A stretch of DNA of 63,584 nt, filler included, from Octopus bimaculoides (Eukaryota): assembly GCF_001194135.2 (NCBI RefSeq). It is 5 parts of 5 records of this genome, joined end to end, with 100 filler letters (N's around TTAATTAATTAA, not from the genome) between each part and the next. Parts side by side here need not be neighbours in the genome. Positions count along the whole stretch, not along the records: positions 1 to 23,149 come from NC_068989.1; 4 more parts are not named here. One strand, written 5' to 3'. Each line of letters begins with the position of its first letter. Position 1 is the stretch's first letter. The translations under genes were made by a program, and so were the position numbers. The notes beneath the pieces are model-generated. The model did not search any database and was not told the DNA's origin. It saw only the letters and a program-made list of their open reading frames with translations. Shown one piece after another: positions 1 to 11,404 of this stretch.

Positions 1-10
1 ATATATAGCT

Positions 11-348
11 GCAGGAGTGGCTGTGTGGTAAGTAGCTCGCTTACCAACCACATGGTTCCGGGTTCAGTCCCACTGCGTGACAACTTGGGCAAGTGTCTTC
101 TACTATAGCCTCGGGCCGACCAAAGCCTTGTGTATATGTTTGTGTGTCTGTGTTTGTGCCCCCAACATCGCTTGACAACCGATGCTGGTGTGTTTACGTC
201 CCCGTAACTTAGCGGTTCGGCAAAATGGATCGATAGAATAAGTACTAGGCTTGCAAAGAATAAGTCCTGGAGTCGATTTGATCGACTCAAGGCGGTGTTC
301 CAGCATGGCCGCAGTAAAATGACTGAAACAAGTAAAAGAGTAAAAGAG
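11..348 (+). mobile_element. tRNA-type SINE, family A (internally deleted copy)
   Basis: Pol III A/B-box-like head (TGGCTGTGTGG...GGTTCAGTCC), then CTTGGGCAAGTGTCTTCTAC, central (GT) tract and tail ending GAAACAAGTAAAAGAG; homologous copies at 24071, 48266 and 61070. Confidence 0.85.
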
Positions 349-379
349 TACATATATAGAGAGAGAGACAGAGAGAGAG

Positions 380-430
<51 letters not shown>

Positions 431-455
431 GCAGACAGACAGACAGGCAGACATA
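349..455 (+). repeat. (GA)n/(GATA)n/(GACA)n microsatellite
   Basis: Directly visible tandem repeats. Confidence 0.95.
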
Positions 456-527
456 TATGCATTATAGATAGATATGAGTTACATATGTATGCACATACAA
501 ATGTGCATATGTATGCACATGCATATA

Positions 528-680
528 TGAAGGGTTGCTGCAAAGTTCCTGGCTTTGCGTCAAACAAAATGCAGGAGCATCGGTTAATTATGATTTTATG
601 CAACGTAGTCCCACCTCACAGATTCACACTTACTGCACAGATCCTTCACTTTCTCTGAGACGTGTAAAACAAATTCTTCC
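528..680 (-). mobile_element. Mariner-like terminal fragment (TIR plus transposase C-terminus)
   Basis: TA followed by TGAAGGGTTGCTGCAAAGTTCCTGGC, a mariner-type TIR; minus strand reads LKDLCSKCVNL..DYVA*, like the mariner C-terminus LKDRWTKCIELRGDYVE*. Confidence 0.6.
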
Positions 681-794
681 TCATTTCTTAAATATAGAAC
701 TGTATTATATATGTATGTGCTTAAATGTATTTATACGCATCTGCATACGTATACACACACGCGCACACACAGATATGCGGGGACACGCTTCAGT

Positions 795-925
795 CATGAA
801 TGACTACGGGATTGCACCTAAAAAGTTACCCTCCTGGCAAAAGTCCGGGCAAGGTTGTTTGTAGAAGGCCAGATGTCACCCATGCATACCAGCCTCCCCT
901 CTCCACACCACCGATATTGATTAGC
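795..925 (-). mobile_element. SINE-like repeat fragment, family G
   Basis: GGGATTGCACCTAAAAAGTTACCCTCC...CAAGGTTGTTTG...CATACCAGCCTCCCCTCTCCAC aligns with 21965-22155; strand assigned from recollection of the family. Confidence 0.55.
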
Positions 926-954
926 ATTCGATGTGGTTGAACAAACGATCCCAT

Positions 955-1140
955 CAGTTTGGATTCACAGTAGGGAGATTCAGCATGACACAGAATGTGA
1001 CAGACCTGGCTCTTTGAATTACAGGTACAATTAATTTTTGCCAACTTAATGTACTGAAGCAACGTAACATAAAGTGTCTTGTTCAAGTGTACAAACAACT
1101 GCCGAGAAGGAACCGACACACTTGCGATCTCGAACCGTTG
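955..1140 (-). mobile_element. Decayed SINE, family D
   Basis: Reverse complement matches the 37538-37775 copy (CTTGAACAAGACACTTTATGTTACGTTGC...TACCTGTAATTCAAAG...GTCACATTCTG). Confidence 0.6.
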
Positions 1141-1182
1141 TTTCGAGCGTAACAAAGTAGTAGCATTACAAAAATAATAGAA

Positions 1183-1367
1183 TATTCCTTTCTACTATAG
1201 GCACAAGATCTGGAATTTGCGGGAATAGAGATAGTCGATATAATCGACTTCAAAAGGATGTAATGCAAAGTCGACCTAGGCGCAATTTGATCTCATAACG
1301 TAAAGACGGACGAAATGCCACTAAGCATTTTCTCGGACCTTCTAACGTTTCTGCTGGTTCGACGCCT
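1183..1367 (-). mobile_element. Decayed SINE, family C
   Basis: Reverse complement matches the 43057 copy (GTTAGAAGGTCCGAGAAAATGCTTAGTGGCATTTCGTCCGTCTTTACGTT...GGTCGACTTTGC...TTGTGCCTATAGTAGAAAGG). Confidence 0.75.
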
Positions 1368-1837
1368 GCACAAAACACAAAACACTAAGCAGGAAATTTT
1401 CTGGTACGGACGACATTATGGACACAATAAAATCCCGCTGAATTGAAGGTAAGCGTCCGTTTTCACATCCAGTAGATATTACTCAAATGATCTATACCAT
1501 AATCCATTCTCTTAGTGTAGGACTATTTTTCCAGAGAGTAAAATTAACTGTTCGCATATGTTCGATAAGAGAAGGAAATACATTCATGTTAACTAGTATT
1601 GGTTTAGTCTAAACATTAATAAGACTGTATTTACGGTCAGGACGGAAAAAAATAGATTTCCGATGTTTTGAACTAATTTGGAGAAGTCGAACAGATAAAC
1701 ACTCAATTCTGTTTTTTATAAGAAATACTGAAACAAAATATGGTTGTCATAGTTGTAAGATTGTATGTACTAATTTGTTTACGAATAAAGATTTTCGTAA
1801 AGGGACTAGGAAACATTTCTGTGCAGAAGGTCTCAGC

Positions 1838-2300
1838 CTCATAAATGCTATAGGTTTTGGGAAAAGAGACGATACGGTTCGCTTCCCGTTTGATCTTGTG
1901 CCAGCAGGTCTCCACCGTGGGAACGGTAATCACTCCGACGGAATAACTCTATTCTTATTCAGGAGAGGCAGATCCCTTGTCTCGGACACGACGTGCAGTG
2001 ACACGTTTTTCGGCTCGAACATTGTAGCACTTGCTGTAAACATTGGTGTCGCCGCCCGTGATGCAGTAGAGGGTAGAACAATAAATAAATACAGAGGTCT
2101 GACCGGCGGCGATAGGTTTGTGCCGCTCCCCATTGAGACGTTAGGTGTTCTAGCTCCTAGTACTACCTATTTTCTCCACAAAATAGGGAAAACGGTAACT
2201 CGCGAGGAGAGTAGCATCTGCAGCGAAAATCGTTGAACATTCGCCGCGGCGAAGGCCATGGGGATGCGGCTGAGCACTCCATTCGTTCTCGGTTACGTGG
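1838..2300 (+). mobile_element. CRE-clade non-LTR retrotransposon 3' remnant (restriction-like endonuclease domain), pseudogenised
   Basis: PAGLHRGNGNHSDGITLFLFRRGRSLVSDTTCSDTF..SNI....GVAARDA.EGRTINKYRGL..RFVPLPIETLGVLAP matches the CRE RLE pattern P.GL.RGDGKRPDG.TL.P...GRSL.WD.T..DT...K..KY...FVP.A.ETLG..G; after a frameshift it continues LQRKSLNIRRG (cf. FQRISLAIQRGN). RPD is changed to HSD and WD to SD. Confidence 0.8.
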
Positions 2301-3288
2301 CTCATTGCACTCTCCCACTCCACCCCCACTGCTTTACTGGTACCACTCCCCAGCCCCTGTAATTGTTTCCCTTTACTTTCTTTTCCTTTCTGCTCTCTTT
2401 TCTTTCAAATTTCAATTGATAATGTATTTTCTAACTCCCACTTGCATATTTACAACTTAGCTGAGTCTACTATGAAGATTAGCCAAGGAATTACTAGTTT
2501 GTTCATAGTTTCCTATAATTTCGTATTCTAATCTGGTGCCATACTACACAAGATAAAACTTTACATCTCCTAAGATCAATTTTCGTGAATTACGAAAATA
2601 CTCTAAGTAATTGAGTAAGGTTTTTTTTCAAAATACTGGAACACAGTTCTACTTTACATTTCTAGTTATATTCAGCAGACCGAATGAAAATAAGTTTTCT
2701 CCTGCTTTAATCTAAGATATGTATTCATCTTGGTTTCAACCAAAATTTCTTATCTACAAATTCTTCTTGCAATCCTTCCTCAAAAGACTGTGCCTTCCAG
2801 CTCAGGCGTTTAATAAGAATTTGTTTTCTGAGTTAACTTTTTACGTATAAAATTTCCTCGGGGAATCGGTATATTAATCGTCGAATATAGGAACGGATAT
2901 TGTTCCGAGCCGGGTTACAGACTTCTAGCTTGTAAACAGTGCACCAGTGCATTTCAATTAGACAGTATGGAATAGGTTTAGGGAAAGAAGAAAAGAAATA
3001 AAATTCAATGCACAAAGCATAAATAAATATATAGAGAGAGGGGGGAGAGGGAGAGAGAGAGAGGGAGAGAGAGAGAGNNNNNNNNNNNNNNNNNNNNNNN
3101 NNNNNNNNNNNNNNNNNNNNNNNNNNNNNNNNNNNNNNNNNNNNNNNNNNNNNNNNNNNNNNNNNNNNNNNNNNNNNNNNNNNNNNNNNNNNNNNNNNNN
3201 NNNNNNNNNNNNNNNNNNNNNNNNNNNNNNNNNNNNNNNNNNNNNNNNNNNNNNNNNNNNNNNNNNNNNNNNNNNNNNNNNNNNNNNN

Positions 3289-3395
3289 GGAGAGAGAGAA
3301 AGGGAGAGAGAGAAAGGGAGAGAGAGAAAGGGAGAGAGAGAAAGGGAGAGAGAGAAAGGGAGAGAGAGAAAGGGAGAGAGAGAAAGGGAGAGAGA
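3289..3395 (+). repeat. All-purine 14-bp minisatellite (GGAGAGAGAGAAAG)~7
   Basis: Directly visible next to an N gap. Confidence 0.9.
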
Positions 3396-3697
3396 CGTAT
3401 ATGTGTGTATATGTGTGTGCGTGTGCATATATACATGTTCGTATGCATATTACTTTGCAGCTTGATGTATATATCCTTGTCTTAGTGCGTGTATGTTTAT
3501 GTGTGTGCGTGTGTGTTTATATGTGTGTGTATGTGTGTGTGTGTATGTGTTTCATTTTGTTATAAAATCACTGTAAGTGATTTAAGGGCCAAGAGGTTCG
3601 TATGTGACACCCCTGAACATTGTATAAGATCTGTAATACTCTCTGTACATATTAAAAACCTATGAGACGCTTATCGAAAATCCGTAGAAACCAATGC

Positions 3698-3976
3698 TTT
3701 CAGGAAAATTACCTCCTAGGACAGTTACCCCCTTAGAGAAATTACCCCNNNNNNNNNNACGACAACTGCCTCCTAGGAAAATTACCCCCGATGACAATTC
3801 CCCCCGAGGAAAATTACACCTCGATGACAACTAGCCCCTAGGACAATTACCTCTTTTGGTTAATTACCTCCTCTCTATTATATTAAGAAGTTTTAAACCA
3901 TCATATGTTGCCCTCAGGGGTAATTGTCCTTGTGGGGGAGGGAGGTTATTGCCCATGACGGGATAAATGTCCTAAA
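3698..3976. mobile_element. Foldback-like non-autonomous DNA element with subterminal GGA(C/A)AATTACCCC repeats
   Basis: About 8 copies of the GGAMAATTACCYC motif on the left; inverted copies (GGGGTAATTGTCCT, GGAGGTTATTGCCC, GGATAAATGTCCTAAA) on the right; termini TTTCAGGAAAATTACC and reverse complement TTTAGGACATTTATCC. Confidence 0.6.
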
Positions 3977-4773
3977 TTCGTTTGAAAGCATTGCATTATC
4001 ATGTAACAAGCCAGTTGGTTTCCCGTGCAAATTTCCAGAGCAATTGTACTCATAAGATTTCTGCGATGTACATTGATGTACGTAAAGTGTGTACCTTTAG
4101 AAGTGCCACGTTCGGAACTCTAGACCCTTAATTTAATTCTGTTGTTTCTATAGCTAAATAAGGTACACTAACCCCCCCCCCCNNNNNNNNNNNNNNNNNN
4201 NNNNNNNNNNNNNNNNNNNNNNNNNNNNNNNNNNNNNNNNNNNNNNNNNNNNNNNNNNNNNNNNNNNNNNNNNNNNNNNNNNNNNNNNNNNNNNNNNNNN
4301 NNNNNNNNNNNNNNNNNNNNNNNNNNNNNNNNNNNNNNNNNNNNNNNNNNNNNNNNNNNNNNNNNNNNNNNNNNNNNNNNNNNNNNNNNNNNNNNNNNNN
4401 NNNNNNNNNNNNNNNNNNNNNNNNNNNNNNNNNNNNNNNNNNNNNNNNNNNNNNNNNNNNNNNNNNNNNNNNNNNNNNNNNNNNNNNNNNNNNNNNNNNN
4501 NNNNNNNNNNNNNNNNNNNNNNNNNNNNNNNNNNNNNNNNNNNNNNNNNNNNNNNNNNNNNNNNNNNNNNNNNNNNNNNNNNNNNNNNNNNNNNNNNNNN
4601 NNNNNNNNNNNNNNNNNNNNNNNNNNNNNNNNNNNNNNNNNNNNNNNNNNNNNNNNNNNNNNNNNNNNNNNNNNNNNNNNNNNATATACATATATATATA
4701 TATATATATACACATATATATATATATATATAAATATACGCACGTACATACACACACATTGTCACAGACACAC

Positions 4774-4806
<33 letters not shown>

Positions 4807-4911
4807 CGCACGTATATACACACACATTTTCACACACACACACATATATATATGTGTATATATATATATATACATATATATTATCTCTTATATATATATA
4901 TATACATTTAC

Positions 4912-4965
<54 letters not shown>

Positions 4966-5374
4966 TTGCGTGTCGCTGTACAAATAACTTTATTTTGTCG
5001 ATTATTTTTTCCGTCTGGAGAAAACAGTTTTCTTGTCTATGTTTTCGTTAATTTGCTTCCACAGTATTATTACTGAAAATTGTGTGTTTACATTTCTAAT
5101 AACGTTATGTTTATTCATATCGAAAGCTATTAGAAAGTTGACATCAATTTATATAGTTATGATTTTCCTGATGAAATCACTAACATTCATTGAAAATAAA
5201 ATAAATGTCATATGAAGAAGAACACATTATTTCATTTCTATACTATTTTGCACATTTTCATCCATCTAGGCTTTTTAGTTTATTTTTATTTATAGGATTA
5301 ATCTGTCTCTTGTACCAACATTTGTTTCAATAGATATCTCAGGTATCCGTTTATGGTACAACTTCTTTATAGAT

Positions 5375-5625
5375 GCAGATGTGGCTGTGTTGCAAATAGT
5401 TCTCTTCGCAACCACGTGCCCTCGGGTTTCAGTCCCACAACGTGAAACTTGGTCAAGTGTTGTCTACTCTAGCCTCGAACCGAGGAAAGCCTTGTGACCC
5501 CGGTATTTGACTGACACATCTTATTTATCTACCACGAAAGGCTGAAAAGCAAAGTTAGCCTCGGTTTAATTTGAACTCTGAATGTAAAGACACCGCTAAG
5601 CATTGTGCCTAGCGTTCTAACCTTG
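5375..5625. mobile_element. Decayed family A SINE head (+, 5375-5497) next to a family C fragment (-, ~5525-5625)
   Basis: Similarity to the better-preserved copies at 24071 and 43057. Confidence 0.6.
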
Positions 5626-6444
5626 TCACTTGAGGTTATATAAAATTAATGCTTAGCAGTTCAAATAGCCTCCATTCATAAAATTAGCTGCAGCAGCGGA
5701 CGCATCTGAACTTTATGTATTGTCAATGTGCAAGATTAACTCATATACATCGTCGATTATTTTTCCTATTAGGAAATAAGGGGGAATTGTGGTATCCGAA
5801 ACAATTTCCAGTTTTGCAGAAACGTTGACGGAAGAAGAAAATTCGTTTCACACTTTCTGTAAGGATTTATAACAATATACAATATCGGTGTGGTTGTATT
5901 ATTTCTAGAATAGGAATGTCAAAAGAGCCTCTATCTAGCCACTACATCAACCAAAAATACGGAACAAATGTCCACGAAATTCAGGCTCTACCATATTCAA
6001 AAGAAGCACAGCTTTCAAGTTTTACTTGAATAAAATTTTCTTCGTTTTGGTCATATTTTATACCTCATTGAATATAATACGCTGCTCCCTACCACCTTTT
6101 GCGGAAGAGTTCTGAAGTCATGTGACCCTGTCTTTTTGCTTAAAGGTGAAACAGACTTTGCGCTTCGTACGTCTAAGTTCGAGAAAGCAGGATACTTGAA
6201 GAGTGAACTTTAAATAAACCGACAGAAGGTGGCTAGAAACCCCTACAGTGTCTTTCCTAATAAAAATGATACCAGCGCCTACACATATAACAGATAGATA
6301 GACAAAGGATGGTTATATAGAACAGGTGATTTGAAGATTAAATGGCTTGTGGAGAGCAATTTTTGCATAACGCGATTTATATGTGGTTTTGGTTATGTAT
6401 TACAATATCGTGTGTGTATTCTAGGTAAGACTATGAACTGAGCT

Positions 6445-6832
6445 GTGGAGGCGAAATGGCCCAGGTTTTAGGGCAGTAGACTCGCGGTCGTAGGATCGCG
6501 GTTTCGATTCCCAGACCGGGCGTTGTGAGTGTTTATTGAGTGAAAACACCTGAAGTTCCACGAGACTCCGGCAGGGGATTGTGGCGAACCCTACTGTACT
6601 CTTTCACCACAGCTTTCTCTCACTCTTTCTTCCTGCTTCTGTTCTACCTGTATTTTGAAAGGGCCAGCCTTGTTACACCCTATGTCACGTTGAATCTCCC
6701 CGAGAACTGCGTTAAGAGTACACGTGTCTGTGGAGTGCTCAGTCACTTGCACGTTAATTTCACGTGCATGCTGTTCCGTTGATCGGATCAACTGGAACCT
6801 TCGTCGTCGCAACCGACGGAGTGCCAAAAAAA
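6445..6832 (+). mobile_element. Full-length tRNA-type SINE, family B, with 12-bp TSD
   Basis: Head GGAGGCGAAATGGCCCAG...GGTTTCGATTCCC, tail GGAGTGCC(A)n; ATGAACTGAGCT repeated at 6433-6444 and 6833-6844; second copy at 54840-55203. Confidence 0.9.
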
Positions 6833-7304
6833 ATGAACTGAGCTATTCAATGATGATACTATAGGCTTCTGGTTTAGTGATTAGGGCGTAGGGCTAACGT
6901 TCAAAAGGTCGTAGGTTCCATTCCGGGACTCGGCAACACATTGTGCTTCCATGAAGGCTTTTGGGTTCTCATTGCTTCACTTTCATTAGCTGAAAATGAG
7001 TCGAAATCATTTACTCATGCAGTTCTCTCTCTATGCAAGTCTCATAATCTCAACGTTCCACTGGCTAAACAAGCAGAAAGCCAAGAGGGTGTCTATGACT
7101 GCTCGCGACTACATACGCACCTAAAACAATTTTCGAAAATACGTTATATTCTAACATGTCATATCTGCTTACTTGTGACGGCTATCATATTGGATATCGT
7201 AAAGTACGTGTCACATGGATCGTGTCACATAACTAGGCCATCGTTTTCTTGAGATTAGAGCCTCCCTTTCCAGTTTTAAATCACTTTTAGTCATCCACAG
7301 CCAT

Positions 7305-7348
7305 CTTATTATTATTATTATTATTATTATTATAATTATTATTATTAT

Positions 7349-7401
<53 letters not shown>

Positions 7402-7565
7402 GACGAAGTGGTTAGCGATATTTCGTCTATCACTACTTTCTGAGGTCGACTTTGCTTTCATCGTTTCGGGGTCGATAAATTAAGTACCAGTTGAGTACTG
7501 GGGTCGATGTAGTCGACTATCCCCCTCTCCCAAATTTCAGCCCTTGTGCCTATAATAGAAAGGAT

Positions 7566-7656
<91 letters not shown>

Positions 7657-7895
7657 GTTATTATTATTATTATTATTATAATTATTATTATTATAATTAT
7701 TATTATTATTATTATTATTGCTGAACGAAATGCTTAGCAGTATTTCGCCCATTGAAACGTTCTGAGTTCAAATTCTGCTGAGGTCGATTAAATCGCTATG
7801 TCGATTAAGTAAGTACCAATTACGCACTGGGATCGATGTAATTGACTTAATCCCTTCCCCTAAATTTCAGGCATTGTACCTACCGTTGAAAGGGT

Positions 7896-7958
<63 letters not shown>

Positions 7959-7960
7959 GA
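7305..7960 (+). mobile_element. Two 5'-truncated family C SINEs (~7400-7565, ~7718-7895) interleaved with (TTA)n/(CTA)n tracts
   Basis: Both contain GAGGTCGA...GTCGAT(A/T)AA(T/G)TAAGTACCA...GGG(G/A)TCGATGTA; three triplet tracts flank them. Confidence 0.8.
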
Positions 7961-8085
7961 ACTGGCAACATCGTTAACATGTTTGACAACAGTATCTTTT
8001 CAGGCTCTGTGCGTTCTGAGTTCTACGTTGAGGTCACATATGCCTATGAACCATTCGGTGTTGATAGAGCATAGAGTCAGTGTAG

Positions 8086-8157
8086 TACGAGGGAGTAGAG
8101 GGTTGAAAGGTTCATGGTTTTTAGGATCTTGCGAAAGGCCTGGTTGAAGGCCAACAT
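8086..8157. mobile_element. Mariner-type MITE end fragment
   Basis: TACGAGGG...GTTGAAAGGTTCATGGTTTT resembles the TIR at 528; only one end is seen. Confidence 0.35.
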
Positions 8158-10275
8158 TAAAATAATAATTAACTGATCTTCCAGTATTTTCTTTTACCAA
8201 AACCCAAGAACTTTTCAGCACTCCCTTGTAGTTATGTCGATATAATTGACTAAGTACTAAACCCCCAAAATTGTTAGCCTTCTTCCAAAATTTGAAACCA
8301 TTATTTTTGTTGTTGTTTTTGTTGTTACTGCCGTTCCTGCTATTAATGTTCTTGTTATGCATGCGTTGTTATTACTACCGCTAATGTGTTTTCAAATAGT
8401 CAGACGTGTTTTTAATCTGAATCTCACATAACGTAGTTTATTAACTGGTGGACCTACGTGCAAAGACATTATTAAATCAGAATTTCTAAATACAGAGGTA
8501 ATTAGTTGCATTAAGTCTTTCAATTTTGGCGTAAAAACATGTTTTATTTACAAAATTTTTTTTTCTCTTTTTCACCACTCATAAACAAAGAAAATTTCCA
8601 CAGCATTTAGAAACGCACCTTCAAAATTTCGAAAAAAAAAACAGACATAGTCTTACAGACAGTAGTCTGAAAAACAAAAGAAAAGTAATTCACTTGCAGA
8701 ATACTTTTATTTCACAAGAAGCGACAAAGATTTTCTTATAGGAAGCAAATACGAGTAACAGTAAACAAAAGCGGCGACAATAACATATTTTTGTGTTTTG
8801 CCAGTTGAATCAGTGAACGAAAAGTTCGAATTGTGGAGCAGGTAAATCGTTCCTCGTTTTCTTTCTTTTGTTTGATCTACCTGAAACAAGTGGAATCAAG
8901 ATAATTTTCTGGCGGAGAAAAGTCTTCCCTGATAGATCTGTGTGGCTAAGGAAGGCGCATTCACACCTCAGTGACTCAGATGTTTTTCTTCTGACCCCAC
9001 AAAGAGTTAATTGCTTACAGACGTATTCGATGTCGTCAATAATATTTTTCTTTGATCCAGGAACATATGAAAGAACCATACACGTAATACTGAAAATGCA
9101 GCCGAAGCAGAAGCAGAACGAAGTGATGTGTTACACACTTCACAAGAAATTCGTGCCATAACTCATGTAGAGGAACATCACAAGGATTAGAATGGAGGAT
9201 ATTAGCAATGATGTTCAAGCCCGAGTTGTTTTGACATTCTTACGTACTACTGGCGAGCGCAAGCGTAAAATTGAGCCAGAATTTCTTGCAACAAGATAGA
9301 AAGCTGAATAGGCAAGACAGATCGACATGAAGAAACAGAAAAGGATGAGAACAATGAGAAAGCAGAGTGATTGTACACCGTTTCAAGAAGCCACTCAAAT
9401 TCACAGCGCAACGAAAGTAAATCAAAAAAACAGCGCAGAGTTTTCTGTGGGATAAACATCAATGTTCATGTGTTGACGAACTGCAATTTTAAATGTGTAA
9501 ATTACAGCAGCCCCTGAAGTATATACTCTTATTAAGCATCTAATAGCGGCCTATAAATATATGAATTGCTATTCGCAAAATAATGCAGAGGTCTTAGCTC
9601 GATTGACCAAAAATGCTTCTTAGAGCCTATTACATTTGAAGCTTGTTTATAGTGTGTACGAGACGATGGAAATCATAGTGGAGAACAGACTTCCCTGTTT
9701 TTTTTTTTTTCGATTTTCTTAGATCGTGATGTAAATGCGTAGAGTCATACCAACTGACTATCCTCATCCCCACAGAACGCTAAGAACATTAAACCTATTT
9801 TCCTCACTTCATGAACGACTTATGGACACCTAAACCAACTCTTCCTACGACAGCCACCATGAATAACTCGTCACAGACATTTAACATGCTCTTACTACTC
9901 TTACTGTACTTCATCTCACTCAACTAAACCTGGACACTTAACTAAATATTTCATATCCACACTTGTTTCTCTCCTGATTTCAATCGTAGCCCATGTTTCT
10001 ATTTGTGTGAGGCTCTTAAGTAAACATTCTAACTGAATATTAATTTTTATCAATCTCTCCTAGTCAGTGTGCTTGAAAACGTGCTATGCTTATTAAGCTG
10101 TTTTAATACTCTATTTACAGAATAAGAAATCCGTTCGCCTCAATCACCTTTCTATCTTCCTGTTATCCACAATGTGTCTACCCTTTCATGACCTGATTAA
10201 TCAATGTTCACAATTTTTACTCTCTAGAAATACACTTTAGAGAACTTAGTACCAAACACACAATTCCACAGTTTC

Positions 10276-10307
<32 letters not shown>

Positions 10308-11404
10308 NNNNNNNNNNNNNNNNNNNNNNNNNNNNNNNNNNNNNNNNNNNNNNNNNNNNNNNNNNNNNNNNNNNNNNNNNNNNNNNNNNNNNNNNNNNNN
10401 NNNNNNNNNNNNNNNNNNNNNNNNNNNNNNNNNNNNNNNNNNNNNNNNNNNNNNNNNNNNNNNNNNNNNNNNNNNNNNNNNNNNNNNNNNNNNNNNNNNN
10501 NNNNNNNNNNNNNNNNNNNNNNNNNNNNNNNNNNNNNNNNNNNNNNNNNNNNNNNNNNNNNNNNNNNNNNNNNNNNNNNNNNNNNNNNNNNNNNNNNNNN
10601 NNNNNNNNNNNNNNNNNNNNNNNNNNNNNNNNNNNNNNNNNNNNNNNNNNNNNNNNNNNNNNNNNNNNNNNNNNNNNNNNNNNNNNNNNNNNNNNNNNNN
10701 NNNNNNNNNNNNNNNNNNNNNNNNNNNNNNNNNNNNNNNNNNNNNNNNNNNNNNNNNNNNNNNNNNNNNNNNNNNNNNNNNNNNNNNNNNNNNNNNNNNN
10801 NNNNNNNNNNNNNNNNNNNNNNNNNNNNNNNNNNNNNNNNNNNNNNNNNNNNNNNNNNNNNNNNNNNNNNNNNNNNNNNNNNNNNNNNNNNNNNNNNNNN
10901 NNNNNNNNNNNNNNNNNNNNNNNNNNNNNNNNNNNNNNNNNNNNNNNNNNNNNNNNNNNNNNNNNNNNNNNNNNNNNNNNNNNNNNNNNNNNNNNNNNNN
11001 NNNNNNNNNNNNNNNNNNNNNNNNNNNNNNNNNNNNNNNNNNNNNNNNNNNNNNNNNNNNNNNNTATAAATATGTATATATCATATTATATTATATTATA
11101 TTATATTATATTGTATTGTATTATATTATGCATTATATGTATTTTTACTTCTTGATTGAAATCATTTAATTCTGGAGAAGTTACGCCACATCTCTTGAAA
11201 TTTCTTGTAAAAGCGACCCTAAAATTATTTCTTAAACTTTCTCTTTCTGTTGTCCTTTTACCAAATCCTTAAGTTACTGGGACGTAATATATTTATACCC
11301 TTTTCAAGCGATGTGAACACATACACAGAAACACCCAAATACACATATAGATACATATCCGTACACATATTTATATCTACATGTAACTGAAGCCCACTTC
11401 ACAG

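Noticed and set aside
6445-6520. tRNA-like heads (also at 11, 24071, 37538, 39691, 43057, 55140-55203)
   Set aside because: They have A/B boxes but no complete cloverleaf and continue into repeated SINE bodies, so they are SINE heads rather than tRNA genes.
9090-9290. Resemblance to Harbinger transposase (QKQ..VM...RL.LTLRFLATGE)
   Set aside because: The two partial matches are separated by about 70 extra nt and lie in inconsistent frames; too weak to call.
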